Notes: generated by a model not told the origin, from the letters alone. Positions 50,248-62,537 are shown, counted from the first letter of the stretch. The stretch is DNA of 64,000 nt from Gammaproteobacteria bacterium (GCA_030147845.1 JASBUN010000022.1:6152-70151), one strand, 5' to 3'. Numbers and translations are program-made.

Positions 50248-51510
50248 TCAGTGGGCCGCAGCAGCATGCGCTACCTTATCCAGTAGATGATTGACGCGTA
50301 TCGGGGCCGGGGGATGCGAATCATAAAAGCCCGAATAGACCGGATCGGGTGTCAGCGTACTGGCATTTTCCTGGTACATTTTCACCAAGGCCTGCACGAG
50401 CGTGCGACCGTCGCGTTTATCGGCGGCGTAGGCATCGGCTTGAAATTCGTGCTTGCGTGACAGCCACGACATGGTGGGCGTCAGTAAGAAACCAAAAACC
50501 GGTGCGGTCAACATGAACAGCAACAGCGCAACGTACTTGGATGGTTGCAGCACGCCCAGTCCGCTGTAAAACCATGGTTGTCCGATTAGCCAGCCGAGCA
50601 GGGCGAGGCTGAACAGACTTAGCGCACCCATAATGAGCAGGCGCTTACGGATGTGATGCAGCCGGAAGTGGCCCAACTCGTGCGCAAGCACGGCTTCGAT
50701 CTCATCGCCGTTGAGTTGCTTGAGCAGGGTATCGAAAAACACGATGCGCTTGTTGTTGCCAATGCCGCCAAAATAGGCGTTGCCGTGGCTGGAACGGCGT
50801 GAACCATCCATGACGAATACGCCGTTGCTCTTAAAGCCACACTGCGTCAGTAGCCGGTCGATGCGCTGGCGTAATTCCTGGTCCTGGAGTGGCTCGAACT
50901 TATTGAACAACGGCGCGATGACAGTCGGGTAGGCCCACATCATCAGCAGGCTGAAGCCAAACCAGACTACCCAAACATAAAGCCACCATAGACTGCCGGA
51001 GCCTTGCATGATCCAGAGTACGATCCAGGCGAGCGGGATGCCGAGCACAATCATAACTAAGCCGCCCTTGGCGAGATCGGCGATAAAGGTACTCGGGCGA
51101 ATGCGGTTAAAGCCGAAACGTTGTTCGATAACGAAGGTACGGTAGGCGCTCATTGGCAATTCGAGTAGCGACGTCAACAGGACGGCGCTGACCAACAGTG
51201 CGGTACCGGTTGCGACCGGGCCCCAGCCGGCGGCGCGCCAGGCGCGATCGAGCAAGTCGATGCCGCCGCCAAAGGTCCACAGCAATAAAAGAATAGTGCT
51301 GTAGGCGAGGTCGACGGGCGAAAAGCGGGTACGGGCAACGGTGTACGCGGCGGCATTTTGGTGTGCATCAAGCGAAATACTGTCGCGGAATGCTTCCGGG
51401 ACGCGATCGCGGTGCGCGCGCACGTGGTGGACCTGGCGGCGCGCCAGCCACAGCTGCACGGCTACGGTTAGGGCCAAAACGCCTAGAAATATATAGCTGA
51501 ATGTATTCAT
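50248..51510 (-). CDS. M48-family zinc metalloprotease (Ste24/HtpX-like), integral membrane
   Basis: HELGHF zinc-binding motif, multiple TM segments. Start taken at the internal ATG (MNTFSYIFLG). Confidence 0.75.
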   Translation of the reverse strand: MNTFSYIFLGVLALTVAVQLWLARRQVHHVRAHRDRVPEAFRDSISLDAHQNAAAYTVARTRFSPVDLAYSTILLLLWTFGGGIDLLDRAWRAAGWGPVATGTALLVSAVLLTSLLELPMSAYRTFVIEQRFGFNRIRPSTFIADLAKGGLVMIVLGIPLAWIVLWIMQGSGSLWWLYVWVVWFGFSLLMMWAYPTVIAPLFNKFEPLQDQELRQRIDRLLTQCGFKSNGVFVMDGSRRSSHGNAYFGGIGNNKRIVFFDTLLKQLNGDEIEAVLAHELGHFRLHHIRKRLLIMGALSLFSLALLGWLIGQPWFYSGLGVLQPSKYVALLLFMLTAPVFGFLLTPTMSWLSRKHEFQADAYAADKRDGRTLVQALVKMYQENASTLTPDPVYSGFYDSHPPAPIRVNHLLDKVAHAAAAH

Positions 51511-51693
51511 GTTGTTCCCGGATTTGGGCGATATAGCGCCTTGTCTTTGAACCGGCACGCATACGCGTTCTACAATGTAGCCATGCTAAGTATACGCTTG
51601 CTGGGAATTTACGGGCAGGTTAGGGCATTTTAGCCGCTGGGGCGCGATTAGCGCTACAAACATAGTCAGAACCATGTTTTGAAAGGAATTTGC

Positions 51694-52266
51694 GTGGCAC
51701 AGGACCCTACACATTTGATTTGGATTGACCTGGAAATGACCGGCTTGGACACGCAGAACGATTCGATCATCGAAATTGCGACAATCGTTACCGATTCGAA
51801 TCTGAACATTATTGCCGAAGGACCAATGTTGGCAATGCATCAGAGCGACGAGGTACTCGATCGTATGGATGACTGGAACAGAAACCAACATGGCGGGTCC
51901 GGTTTGCTGGAGCGCGTACGCTCCAGTCACATACATGAGATCGAGGCGCAAATGCAGACGCTGGCGTTTCTTCAGCAGTACGTACCGGCGGGTAAGTCGC
52001 CGATGTGTGGCAACAGCATCTGCCAGGACCGCCGCTTCTTAGCCCGCTGCATGCCCGACCTTGAACGCTATTTTCACTACCGTAATCTCGATGTCAGCAC
52101 CATCAAGGAATTGGCGGCGCGTTGGTATCCCAATGTGGCGCAGGATTTCAGAAAAAATTCGAGTCACTTGGCGCTGGACGATATTCGCGACTCCATTCGC
52201 GAACTGCAGTTCTATCGCGAGCGATTGTTCAAAGCGCCTGCGACGGTGAGCAGCGGCGCGGGGTAG
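51694..52266 (+). CDS. orn: Oligoribonuclease
   Basis: [12 protein letters not shown] DEDDh exonuclease motif I; about 190 aa. GTG at 51694 with an AAGGAA RBS preferred over the track TTG at 51679. Confidence 0.85.
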   Translation: MAQDPTHLIWIDLEMTGLDTQNDSIIEIATIVTDSNLNIIAEGPMLAMHQSDEVLDRMDDWNRNQHGGSGLLERVRSSHIHEIEAQMQTLAFLQQYVPAGKSPMCGNSICQDRRFLARCMPDLERYFHYRNLDVSTIKELAARWYPNVAQDFRKNSSHLALDDIRDSIRELQFYRERLFKAPATVSSGAG

Positions 52267-52278
52267 GCCGTGCGGCCA

Positions 52279-53097
52279 TCAATTGGCGATAGGAGTACTG
52301 GTATCGTTGCCCCAATCGGACCATGCGCCGGCATAACCTCTGACTCTGGGATAGCCCAGCGATTTCAGTACGACGTAGGTGTGAGCCGAACGGTGATGGG
52401 ATTGGCAGTACGTGATCACTTCTCGATCGGGGGTAATGTGCTGTTGTTCGAACAGCTCACGCAGTGCGGGTTCCGGCAGAAGACGCATATTGCGATCGCG
52501 ATCCAGTGTTAACTGCCAGTCCGAATTGACCGCACCCGGAATATGGCCGCCGCGCGCCGACAGGCGCTTGGCGCCGCTGTACTCCTCGGCGCTGCGTGCA
52601 TCCAATAGTGCGACCTCGGTATCGTCGAGATGATCGAGGATGTATTTCTTGTCGGCGATTTCAGTCTCGGTAAAACGACATTGAAAATCGGCTCGGCGCG
52701 GTTCCGAGGCATGCGCATCTAGCCGGTGATGTTCATTGGCCCAGGCATAGAGACCGCCGTTGAGTAACGATGCCGAAGTGTGGCCGAGGACATGCAGCGT
52801 CCATATTAGGCGTGCGGCCTTTCCGCCGCCTTCATCGTCGTAGGCGACTACGTGCGTGTCGGCGTCGATGCCTAGTTGGCCGAATAGCGTGCATAGGTAG
52901 TGTTCATCCGGTAGTAGGCCGACGACCGGTTTATTACTGCGAACGATGCGCGGGAACTCGAGATGAACCGCGCCCGGCACGTGCGCCTGCACGTGGGTCT
53001 CGGCTTTTGAAAGATCAATAACCAGCAACTTTTCCCGACCAAGTTGCGCTTCGAGTGTATCCGGTTCCAGTATGTACGGAAGATCTACTGCTGTCAT
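52279..53097 (-). CDS. Rhodanese-family sulfurtransferase (tandem rhodanese domains; thiosulfate/3-mercaptopyruvate sulfurtransferase-like)
   Basis: Two rhodanese domains; active-site Cys context YCQSHHRSAHT; 272 aa. Confidence 0.7.
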   Translation of the reverse strand: MTAVDLPYILEPDTLEAQLGREKLLVIDLSKAETHVQAHVPGAVHLEFPRIVRSNKPVVGLLPDEHYLCTLFGQLGIDADTHVVAYDDEGGGKAARLIWTLHVLGHTSASLLNGGLYAWANEHHRLDAHASEPRRADFQCRFTETEIADKKYILDHLDDTEVALLDARSAEEYSGAKRLSARGGHIPGAVNSDWQLTLDRDRNMRLLPEPALRELFEQQHITPDREVITYCQSHHRSAHTYVVLKSLGYPRVRGYAGAWSDWGNDTSTPIAN

Positions 53098-53249
53098 AAT
53101 TGAGTTACCTCGCGCCGTATGGGTTGGCGGGCCAAAGCATAGTTGAACATCGCGGCGGTTTGTAGCACAGAACTGTATGGTTATTCTGGCTCGGCAGTAT
53201 TCGAGGACGCCGGCGGCGGCGCCTGTTCCGGGCTGGCGAATAGCGGGAG

Positions 53250-54464
53250 CTAATGTTGCAGTAGTTCGATCCAGTGGACTACCGGTACGCGTGCGCGCTT
53301 GCGTAGCTCCAATAGACAGCCGATGTTGGCGGTTACGATCATTTCCGGGGCGTCCGATTGCAAGGCAGCGACTTTATTGTCGCCCAGTTGCGTTGACAGT
53401 TCGGCTTGCAGGATGGAGTAAGTGCCGGCCGATCCGCAACACAGATGCGCATCCGGTACGCTCGCAAGCTCGAAGCCGAGTTGGCGCAATACTGCTTCCG
53501 TAACACCGCCTAAGCGCATGCCGTGCTGCAGCGTGCATGGGGCGTGAAACGCGATACGCGGCCGGCGCCCGGGGGGCTGTTGGCGCAGCGCGTCGAGGTT
53601 TTCTACGTGCAGGATTTCGCTGATGTCTTTCGCCATGGCCGAGACACGCGCGGCCCGCTCGGCGTAGTTCGGGTCGTGGGCCAGTAGCCGGCCGTAGTCT
53701 TTAACGGTCACGCCGCAACCGCTGGCGGTAATTACGATCGCCTCCGCCCCGGCTTCGATATGCGGCCACCAGGCGTCAATGTTGCGCCGCATGAAGTCCG
53801 CGGATTCCTCCGTGGCGCCCAAATGCAAGCTTACTGCGCCGCAGCAGCCGGCCTCGGGCTCGGCGATGACGCGGATACCCAGACGATCGAGCACCTGCGC
53901 GGTGGTTCGATTGATTTCCGGCGCCAGGGCCGGCTGTACGCAGCCGGATAACATCAGCATGCTGCGTGCATGCTGATTGTCAGGTATCGCCACGCGGCGT
54001 TGCCGGCGCGGTAACACGCGCCGAAATTTGCCGGGAAGCAGCGGGCGCAGCAATTGGCCGGCCCGTACCAACGGCGTGAAGCGTGAGCGGTAGGGTAGGA
54101 TGCGTCGCAGGGCCAGCCGCAGCAGGCGCTGGTGCCAGGGTCGTGCCACTCGTTGCTCGACCATATCGCGGCCGATTTCCAGTAATTCGCTGTAGCGGAC
54201 GCCGGACGGGCAGGTGGTCTCGCAGTTGCGGCAGGTCAGGCAGCGATCAAGGTGCAGCTGCGTACGCGAGGTCACCGCGTTGCCTTCCAGCATCTGCTTC
54301 ATGAGGTAAATGCGCCCGCGCGGGCCATCGAGTTCGTTACCTAGCAGCTGGTAGGTCGGGCAAGTGGCGTTACAAAAGCCACAGTGTACGCAGCTACGCA
54401 GAATACGGTCGGCTGCTTGTCCTTCCGCGGTGTCGAGAATCGATTGTAACAGTTGTGTTTGCAT
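53250..54464 (-). CDS. glcF: Glycolate oxidase iron-sulfur subunit GlcF
   Basis: Two 4Fe-4S ferredoxin motifs CVHCGFCNATCP and CLTCRNCETTCP plus CCG domains; downstream of glcD-glcE on the same strand. Confidence 0.85.
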   Translation of the reverse strand: MQTQLLQSILDTAEGQAADRILRSCVHCGFCNATCPTYQLLGNELDGPRGRIYLMKQMLEGNAVTSRTQLHLDRCLTCRNCETTCPSGVRYSELLEIGRDMVEQRVARPWHQRLLRLALRRILPYRSRFTPLVRAGQLLRPLLPGKFRRVLPRRQRRVAIPDNQHARSMLMLSGCVQPALAPEINRTTAQVLDRLGIRVIAEPEAGCCGAVSLHLGATEESADFMRRNIDAWWPHIEAGAEAIVITASGCGVTVKDYGRLLAHDPNYAERAARVSAMAKDISEILHVENLDALRQQPPGRRPRIAFHAPCTLQHGMRLGGVTEAVLRQLGFELASVPDAHLCCGSAGTYSILQAELSTQLGDNKVAALQSDAPEMIVTANIGCLLELRKRARVPVVHWIELLQH

Positions 54465-54492
54465 GTCGGTGGCTGCCGCTTACATAGAACGA

Positions 54493-55563
54493 CTAGAGGT
54501 CCGCATATAACCGGCCGGGATTGAGCAAGCGCAGCGGATCGAAGGCATCCTTGAGACGTTGATGCAATGCCATGATACTGGGCGCGGGTGTCTGGAACAC
54601 CTCGCCGCCACGGTTGCCGCCGCGGAAAATGGAGGCGTGGCCGCCGGCTTGCAGCGCGGCTTTGTGTATCGCCTCATCGCTAACCGACGTGCGCAACCAG
54701 CGCTGCGCGCCGCCCCAGTCCAAGATCCATTTGCCGGGTAGTTTGAGTTCCGGTGTATTCGGCGCCACTGCAATACGCCAAAGTGGACTGTCCGCGGCAA
54801 AAAAATCGAGCCGATGCTCGCGCAGATCGGACCAGAATGCGGCGCTCTCGCCATGCTCCTCGCCGCCCAGGCGCGCGCGCGTAGCCGACACGGCCGAGCT
54901 GGCGCCGGAGAGCCGGATATGTAATCGCTGACCATCGTGGCACAGGGCGCTGAGCGGCAACGGCTTAGCACTCCAGGCGCTCATGGCGGCGATGGCCTCG
55001 GGCGCGGACATGTCCTGCGACAGCGTGACTTCACGCACCGGCACCGGCAGTACTTTTATCGAGATCTCTAGCAACACGCCCAAACTGCCCAAGGCGCCGC
55101 ACATCAGACGCGAGACATCATAGCCGGCTACATTCTTCATGACTTGGCCACCGAACTGCAGAATTTCGCCTTTGCCGTTCAGTATTTTTACGCCTAAAAC
55201 GAAATCGCGTGTGGAACCGCAAAAGGGTCTGCGCGGACCCGACAGGCCGCAGGCCACGGCCCCGCCCAGCGTGGCCTTATCACCAAAGTGGGGTGGCTCG
55301 AACGGCAGCATCTGCTTGTGTTGGCCGAGCAGCGTTTCGATTTCGTCGAGCGGCGTTCCGGCGCGCGCGGTCAATACCAGCTCGGTCGGTTCATAACTGA
55401 CGACGCCGCGGTGGCCGCTGATCGGCAGTGGCTCACCGCTGGCGGCACGGCCGTAAAACGCCTTGCTGTCGCCGCCGATTATGCGTAACGCAGTGCCTGA
55501 GCTGGCGGCCGCCATAATTCGGTCCTGCAACATTTTGCTTTCATCGGTGTCGTCGGTGCTCAT
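54493..55563 (-). CDS. glcE: Glycolate oxidase FAD-binding subunit GlcE
   Basis: FAD-binding PCMH domain (LRIIGGDSKAFYG). Start taken at the internal Met (MSTDDTDESK) rather than the track start at 55671, which overlaps glcD. Confidence 0.75.
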   Translation of the reverse strand: MSTDDTDESKMLQDRIMAAASSGTALRIIGGDSKAFYGRAASGEPLPISGHRGVVSYEPTELVLTARAGTPLDEIETLLGQHKQMLPFEPPHFGDKATLGGAVACGLSGPRRPFCGSTRDFVLGVKILNGKGEILQFGGQVMKNVAGYDVSRLMCGALGSLGVLLEISIKVLPVPVREVTLSQDMSAPEAIAAMSAWSAKPLPLSALCHDGQRLHIRLSGASSAVSATRARLGGEEHGESAAFWSDLREHRLDFFAADSPLWRIAVAPNTPELKLPGKWILDWGGAQRWLRTSVSDEAIHKAALQAGGHASIFRGGNRGGEVFQTPAPSIMALHQRLKDAFDPLRLLNPGRLYADL

Positions 55564-55624
55564 AGGATCGCGCGCATAGTGCAGTCGAATGAATTCGATG
55601 ATCGGAATATCATGGATACGTGTT

Positions 55625-57118
55625 CTAGAATCGTTCGATGTCGGGAAATGCCAGTTGGCCGTGATGTACATGCATCGCGCCGAATTCCGCGCAGCGTGTC
55701 AATGTCGGTACCGCCTTACCTGGATTAAGCAGCCCGAGCGGATCGAAGGCGGCTTTGACGGCGTGGAATTGGCTCAATTCCGCGGCCTGAAACTGCACGC
55801 ACATGTGGTCGATTTTTTCGACACCAACGCCGTGTTCGCCGGTGATCGTGCCTCCCACCTGGACACATAATTCGAGAATTTTTCCTCCCAGTTCCTCGGT
55901 GCGTTCAAGCTCGCCGGGGCGATTGGCATCGTACAGAATGAGCGGGTGCAGATTGCCATCCCCGGCGTGGAAGACATTGGCGATCGGTAAGTTGAACTGT
56001 TCCGAGAGTTCGGTCATGCGTGTCAACACGTGCGACAGCTCGCGGCGCGGGATGGTCCCGTCCATGCAGTAATAGTCGGGTGAAATGCGCCCGACGGCGG
56101 GAAACGCGGCTTTACGGCCGTGCCAGAAGCGCTGGCGCTCCTGCTCGTCGCGGGAAGTACGTACTTCGGTTGCGCCGAACTGCTCGAGCAGTTGGCGAAC
56201 TTGCAATATCTGCTCAGAGACTTCCTCGTTGGTTCCATCGAGTTCGCACAAAAGAATGGCCAGAGCGTCGACTGGATAGCCGGCGTGGACGAAATCCTCC
56301 GCCGCTCGAATGGCCGGATTGTCCATCATCTCCAGGCCGGCCGGAATGATGCCGGCCGCAATGATCCCGGCTACCGCCGCGCCGGCCTTGTCGACCGAAT
56401 CGAAGGCGGCGAGCATCACTTGCGCGCGTTCGGGCTTCGGTAACAGTTTGACGCAGACCTCGACGATCACGCCCAGCATGCCCTCCGAGCCGGTCATCAA
56501 CGCCAACAGGTCATAGCCGGGCGAGTCGGGCGCCAGCCCGCCGATAGTGAGGATGTCGCCCTCCATGGTGACCACGGTCAGTTCCAAAATATTATGTACG
56601 GTCAGTCCATACTTCAGGCAATGCACGCCGCCGGAATTTTCGGCGACGTTGCCGCCAATACTGCAGGCGATCTGTGACGACGGATCCGGCGCGTAGTAAA
56701 GATTGTAGGCGGCCGACGCTTCAGAGATCGCCAGGTTACGCACGCCCGGTTGAACCCGGGCATAGCGGTTGAGAGGATCGATTTCGACAATGCGATTGAA
56801 GCGCGCCAAGCTCAATAATACGGAGTCAGAGCGAGGCAGGGCGCCGCCGGATAGCCCGGTGCCGGCGCCGCGCGCGATAACGGCTACGCGCATTTGGCTG
56901 CAAATACGCAGAGCAGCCTGCACTTGCGCTACGGTTTCCGGCATTAACACTAACAACGGCAGTTCGCGATAGGCGGACAGACCATCACACTCGTAAGGCC
57001 GCATGTCTTCCGGCTCTTGCAGAATAGATTGTTCGGGAAGATGGCGGCGCAATTCACGCAAAAGCGCCGTTCGGTCCGTGTCGACGGCCGTATTGCCTGT
57101 AGATGGCGCAGTACTCAT
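55625..57118 (-). CDS. glcD: Glycolate oxidase subunit GlcD (FAD-linked oxidase)
   Basis: 497 aa FAD-linked oxidase with C-terminal VAO-type domain; gene order glcD-glcE-glcF. Confidence 0.85.
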   Translation of the reverse strand: MSTAPSTGNTAVDTDRTALLRELRRHLPEQSILQEPEDMRPYECDGLSAYRELPLLVLMPETVAQVQAALRICSQMRVAVIARGAGTGLSGGALPRSDSVLLSLARFNRIVEIDPLNRYARVQPGVRNLAISEASAAYNLYYAPDPSSQIACSIGGNVAENSGGVHCLKYGLTVHNILELTVVTMEGDILTIGGLAPDSPGYDLLALMTGSEGMLGVIVEVCVKLLPKPERAQVMLAAFDSVDKAGAAVAGIIAAGIIPAGLEMMDNPAIRAAEDFVHAGYPVDALAILLCELDGTNEEVSEQILQVRQLLEQFGATEVRTSRDEQERQRFWHGRKAAFPAVGRISPDYYCMDGTIPRRELSHVLTRMTELSEQFNLPIANVFHAGDGNLHPLILYDANRPGELERTEELGGKILELCVQVGGTITGEHGVGVEKIDHMCVQFQAAELSQFHAVKAAFDPLGLLNPGKAVPTLTRCAEFGAMHVHHGQLAFPDIERF

Positions 57119-57407
57119 GATCGAAAACTCGTAATCGAAGGGCCGATTCGCCCAACAACGCGGAAGGTTGCGGTGTGCGCGCCAGCGTAGTTGCTGTAGC
57201 GCGATCCATATGCGCTACTTTAATCAATTTACGCCGTCATGGGAATGATTACACCCGACTTCATGCCGTCGTAGCGGCAGGCACGCGGCGAAATATTCGA
57301 TTCAGCGCCGGAAGACCGCGCGATAACGCTCGAGACAGACGGCAAATGACGAACGAACGAGCTAAGGCGCCTGTCGGCGCCGCTTCCGCAGATCGATCAG
57401 CGCTTCC

Positions 57408-59114
<1,707 letters not shown>

Positions 59115-59144
59115 TCAAACACGGGTACGGTATGTTATTATCAT

Positions 59145-59654
59145 CGCATGATTACTGCGAAGCGCAATCTGCTGGAGATGTTGCTCAAACGTCGGCAATT
59201 CACCGGACTCATGGAATTGTATGAAATTAATTATCGTTTGCTGCATAAGCTGATTCCTGCCCTCGAAGCCATTTCGTCTTCGGCGGTGTCACACGTTTCC
59301 GGTTCGCCGGATCTGCATCTCCGAGTCGAGCAACGATGCAAGTTCACCACCATGTTATCGCTCACTTACTATTTTGACTCCGAGGCGGGCGATGCGGTGT
59401 GCAACCCGGATTTGCGGATCCGCATGTATCACGACGCCCGTTTGGCCGAGGCCATGACCGGTCGGTCGGGTGACTTTCCGTTGATGACGCTGCCGGATAG
59501 CGGCGAACCAGGCGCGGTCGGGCGCAAATGGGATGGCAACTTGTTCCTCGAGAAATGGCTAGTCTACACGCTGGCGCAAGGTCACCGGTTTGGCCTTGAT
59601 GATGTGATCGACGACGCCCACGAGGCGTCCGACGAGCGTCTTGAGACGAGTTAA
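59145..59654 (+). CDS. DUF1249 (YqiB-like) protein
   Basis: ELYEINYRLLHKLIP ... IRMYHDARLAEAMTG ... LEKWLVYTLAQGHRF parallel E. coli YqiB blocks. The track start at 58950 overlaps pgm and is rejected. Confidence 0.6.
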   Translation, partial: RMITAKRNLLEMLLKRRQFTGLMELYEINYRLLHKLIPALEAISSSAVSHVSGSPDLHLRVEQRCKFTTMLSLTYYFDSEAGDAVCNPDLRIRMYHDARLAEAMTGRSGDFPLMTLPDSGEPGAVGRKWDGNLFLEKWLVYTLAQGHRFGLDDVIDDAHEASDERLETS

Positions 59655-59933
59655 ACTTAAGCTTGCCGCCGCCGCGTACAAAATTAGCAATTATTAATAA
59701 ACCTTAATAAAATACCGCGCTATCAGATACCCACAACGCTGCTAAGTGTCCTAAACTTTCAATCATGTGGTATGCACGTGTTCCCGTCCCCCGCCCGCAT
59801 ATATCCCTTTCGGCGGCTAGGTCCTGAGACGTCTACTACAGTCGGGTCACGCAAAATAGTACCTATTTAACAATGGGTTGTGTGATTGGCTGATTCTGAT
59901 CCCATAGTATTTGTTTAACATTTTGTAACCAAA

Positions 59934-59959
59934 TATTCTTGACTAAATTAGTCAGGATA
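59934..59959 (+). promoter_or_regulatory. IscR type-1-like palindromic operator (ATTCTTGACTAAATTAGTCAGGATAT) overlapping a sigma-70-like promoter
   Basis: About 20/25 match to the IscR type-1 consensus ATASYYGACTRWWWYAGTCRRSTAT. Core inverted repeat TTGACTAA-ATT-AGTCAgg. Lies 75 bp upstream of the Rrf2 gene in an AT-rich region. Confidence 0.5.
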
Positions 59960-60033
59960 TAGATACTTCTGGACAGGTTACGAATACTTTTATTTATCTG
60001 GTTAACGTCTAAAAATCCTGAGGAGGCGGACTT

Positions 60034-60516
60034 ATGAAACTGTCAACGAAGGCCCGCTATGCGGTCACTGCAATGATGGATCTTGCATTGCACGAGAAGT
60101 CCCACCCGGTAACCTTGGCGGATATTTCCCATTATCAGGGAATTTCGCTCTCGTATCTGGAGCAGCTGTTTGCCAAGCTGCGCAAGAAGGGGCTTGTTAG
60201 TGGGGTGCGGGGCCCAGGTGGTGGTTACCGATTGGCCCGCCCTGCCAGCGAAATCAGCATTGCCGAAGTGGTAGCGGCGATCAATGGTACCGAGGAACAG
60301 GTGTTCAAGGGTGACGCTCCTGCGAATGAACCGAACAATGATCGGGACAAGCTCGAGGTCATGTGGAGCAATCTGAGCAACAAGATTTACGACTTCCTCG
60401 ATGACATCACTCTGGACGAATTTGTGCAGGGCGGTCACACGGAATCTGCGGGAGGCACTGAACCGCGACAAAGCTATGGTGACGCGACGCACCACGGAAG
60501 GTCCGAAGCGGCGTGA
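60034..60516 (+). CDS. Rrf2-family transcriptional regulator, IscR-like but lacking all Fe-S-ligating cysteines
   Basis: N-terminal 85 aa closely parallel E. coli IscR (KARYAVTAMMDLAL...LADIS..QGISLSYLEQLF.KLRKKGLVSGVRGPGGGYRLAR), yet the protein contains no Cys at all. No iscSUA genes follow; GAGGAGG RBS. Confidence 0.75.
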   Translation: MKLSTKARYAVTAMMDLALHEKSHPVTLADISHYQGISLSYLEQLFAKLRKKGLVSGVRGPGGGYRLARPASEISIAEVVAAINGTEEQVFKGDAPANEPNNDRDKLEVMWSNLSNKIYDFLDDITLDEFVQGGHTESAGGTEPRQSYGDATHHGRSEAA

Positions 60517-60819
60517 AAGTAGTGGCTCAACCGAGCGCATGGTTGACGCCGGGATCGATGTTTCCCGGCGTCGCCGTCGGTGGGTTGACGCCCGCTCCAT
60601 TTTCGCCTGTCTAAGCCGTCGGTTCACCCACGCTGGCCGTGCTTACCCGTTGAAAGACCTCATCCACTCCTGCCCCAGCAGACCCAATCCGCGTTTTGTC
60701 GCCGCATTCGTCGATACCCGTCGATGAGTTTTTACTTGTGCGTTGCAGCGTGCTTCGCACTTGCTCGCGCGCGAATGTGACACTACAGTGTCATTCTTAC
60801 CTCAGAAAAAGGATGGCTA

Positions 60820-61320
60820 GTGATGTCGACTCGATGGCTGAATATTGGCGCGGCGATTCTGTTGTTACTGATGTTGGCGCCTATGGCGCACGCGACAGAC
60901 AGCAGCGACACCCTGGTCGAAGCTATGATTCGCGCCGAACAGCCACCCGAAGGCGTAGTGTTCGAAGTCGTTAGTAGCGACCCCAGTGGCCTGCAGTGGG
61001 CCTTGCCGCGCATTCGTGACTACGTCAAGCGCTTGCGTGCACGTTTTCCTGGCCTGGAGATGGCCGTGGTCACGCACGGGCGAGAAGAGTTTTCGTTGCA
61101 AACGAAAATGAACGAGCGTTACGCCGAAGTGCACGGCGAGGTTCGCAGCTTGGTGCAAGATAGTGACGTGCCGGTACATGTGTGCGCGGCCTACGCTGAG
61201 ACGCGCGGTGTAGAGCCACAAGATTTCCCCGACTACGTCCAAGTGGCTCCGCATGGACCGATTCAGATTCAAAATTATGAGGCGCTAGGCTATACCCTCG
61301 TTCGCGTACAAAAGCCATAG
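60820..61320 (+). CDS. Secreted DsrE/DsrF-like family protein, paralog of 11477..11992
   Basis: Signal peptide MMSTRWLNIGAAILLLLMLAPMAHA; conserved VPVHVCAAYAETRGV Cys context and C-terminal VQVAPHGPIQIQNYEALGYTLVRV align with the 11477 ORF. Confidence 0.45.
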   Translation: MMSTRWLNIGAAILLLLMLAPMAHATDSSDTLVEAMIRAEQPPEGVVFEVVSSDPSGLQWALPRIRDYVKRLRARFPGLEMAVVTHGREEFSLQTKMNERYAEVHGEVRSLVQDSDVPVHVCAAYAETRGVEPQDFPDYVQVAPHGPIQIQNYEALGYTLVRVQKP

Positions 61321-61346
61321 CGCGGCGTCGCCCGCACGTGGTCCCA

Positions 61347-62537
61347 CTAGAGACGCATGCGCACGATCTGGCCGATTTCCGCGTCCGTGAGTACGATCGG
61401 ATTGGTCTTCATGCTGCTACCGCGGCTGTGCTCAACGATGTGCTTCAGGTCGGTATCGGCGACACCATAGGCAGACAGTCGCTGCAGATGTAATTGCTCG
61501 GTCCATTGCTCCAATACTTTCAGCAATGCCTCGTGGGCGTGTTCATCGGTGCCGACATCGTGTGAGGCCAACAGGGCGCCCAGGCGCGCGTATTTTGTCA
61601 GCGCCGGATTATCGGCATCGCGTTGTCGCAGAGCTTCAATATTGATACGCGTGGCCGCAGCGACCAGCGTACCGCAGACGACGCCATGCGGGATGGGAAA
61701 GAATGCACCCAGCGGTGACGCCAAGCCATGCACCGAGCCAAGGCCGGTCTGCGCCAGGGTTATGCCGGATAACATGGACGCATAGGCCATGCCCCGTCGC
61801 GCGGCGGTTTGCTTGGCGCCGCCTTGGTAACACGCCATTAGACTATCGCGTGCTGCTTCGATGCCGCTCAGCGCCAAGGCATCCGTGAGCGGGTTGGCGC
61901 GCGTCGACAGATAAGACTCCATTAATTGTGTAAGCGCATCCATGCCGTTGGCGGCGATCAGCGCCGCCGGGCACGTGGCCAGGAATGCCGGGTCGACGAT
62001 GGCTACTGCCGCGACCAATTGCTCGTCGCGAAACGACTTTTTGAACCCATCGCGGCCTTGTTTGCTGAGCACCGCGTTCTTGGTGGCTTCGCTGCCCGTA
62101 CCGGCGGTGGTCGGTACGGCAATAAAGGGTAGTGGCGGGCCGACGTAAGGCCGTTCCGGGCCGACACCCTCGAGATGATCCATGACCGAATTCCCGCACG
62201 TTAGCAGGCCGGCGACAGCTTTGGCCGCGTCCAGCACACTGCCGCCACCGATGCCAACGACTACCTCCGTTCCGCCACCAGTATGGTCAGCGACGATGGC
62301 ATCGACCAGTTCGGGCGATGGCTCGCCACGCACGCGTACCCGTTGCCAATCGATACCGTGCCTTTGTAACGCATTGACGAAGGGCGGCCACTGCGGCGCG
62401 GCGTCCAGCGATGAGCCGCCGGTTACCAGTAGTACGCGTTTTCCATAGCCGCGGATTACGTCCGGCAGACGGTCGAAGGCGCCATCGCCGAACTCGATGT
62501 GCGGCAGCCTGGCGATGGCAAAAGGCGGAATTACCAT
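61347..62537 (-). CDS. Iron-containing (group III) alcohol dehydrogenase family protein
   Basis: GGGSVLDAAKAVA NAD-binding motif and His-rich metal site. Start taken at the internal Met (MVIPPFAI) for about 396 aa; the track start at 62621 is a non-ATG codon. Confidence 0.75.
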   Translation of the reverse strand: MVIPPFAIARLPHIEFGDGAFDRLPDVIRGYGKRVLLVTGGSSLDAAPQWPPFVNALQRHGIDWQRVRVRGEPSPELVDAIVADHTGGGTEVVVGIGGGSVLDAAKAVAGLLTCGNSVMDHLEGVGPERPYVGPPLPFIAVPTTAGTGSEATKNAVLSKQGRDGFKKSFRDEQLVAAVAIVDPAFLATCPAALIAANGMDALTQLMESYLSTRANPLTDALALSGIEAARDSLMACYQGGAKQTAARRGMAYASMLSGITLAQTGLGSVHGLASPLGAFFPIPHGVVCGTLVAAATRINIEALRQRDADNPALTKYARLGALLASHDVGTDEHAHEALLKVLEQWTEQLHLQRLSAYGVADTDLKHIVEHSRGSSMKTNPIVLTDAEIGQIVRMRL

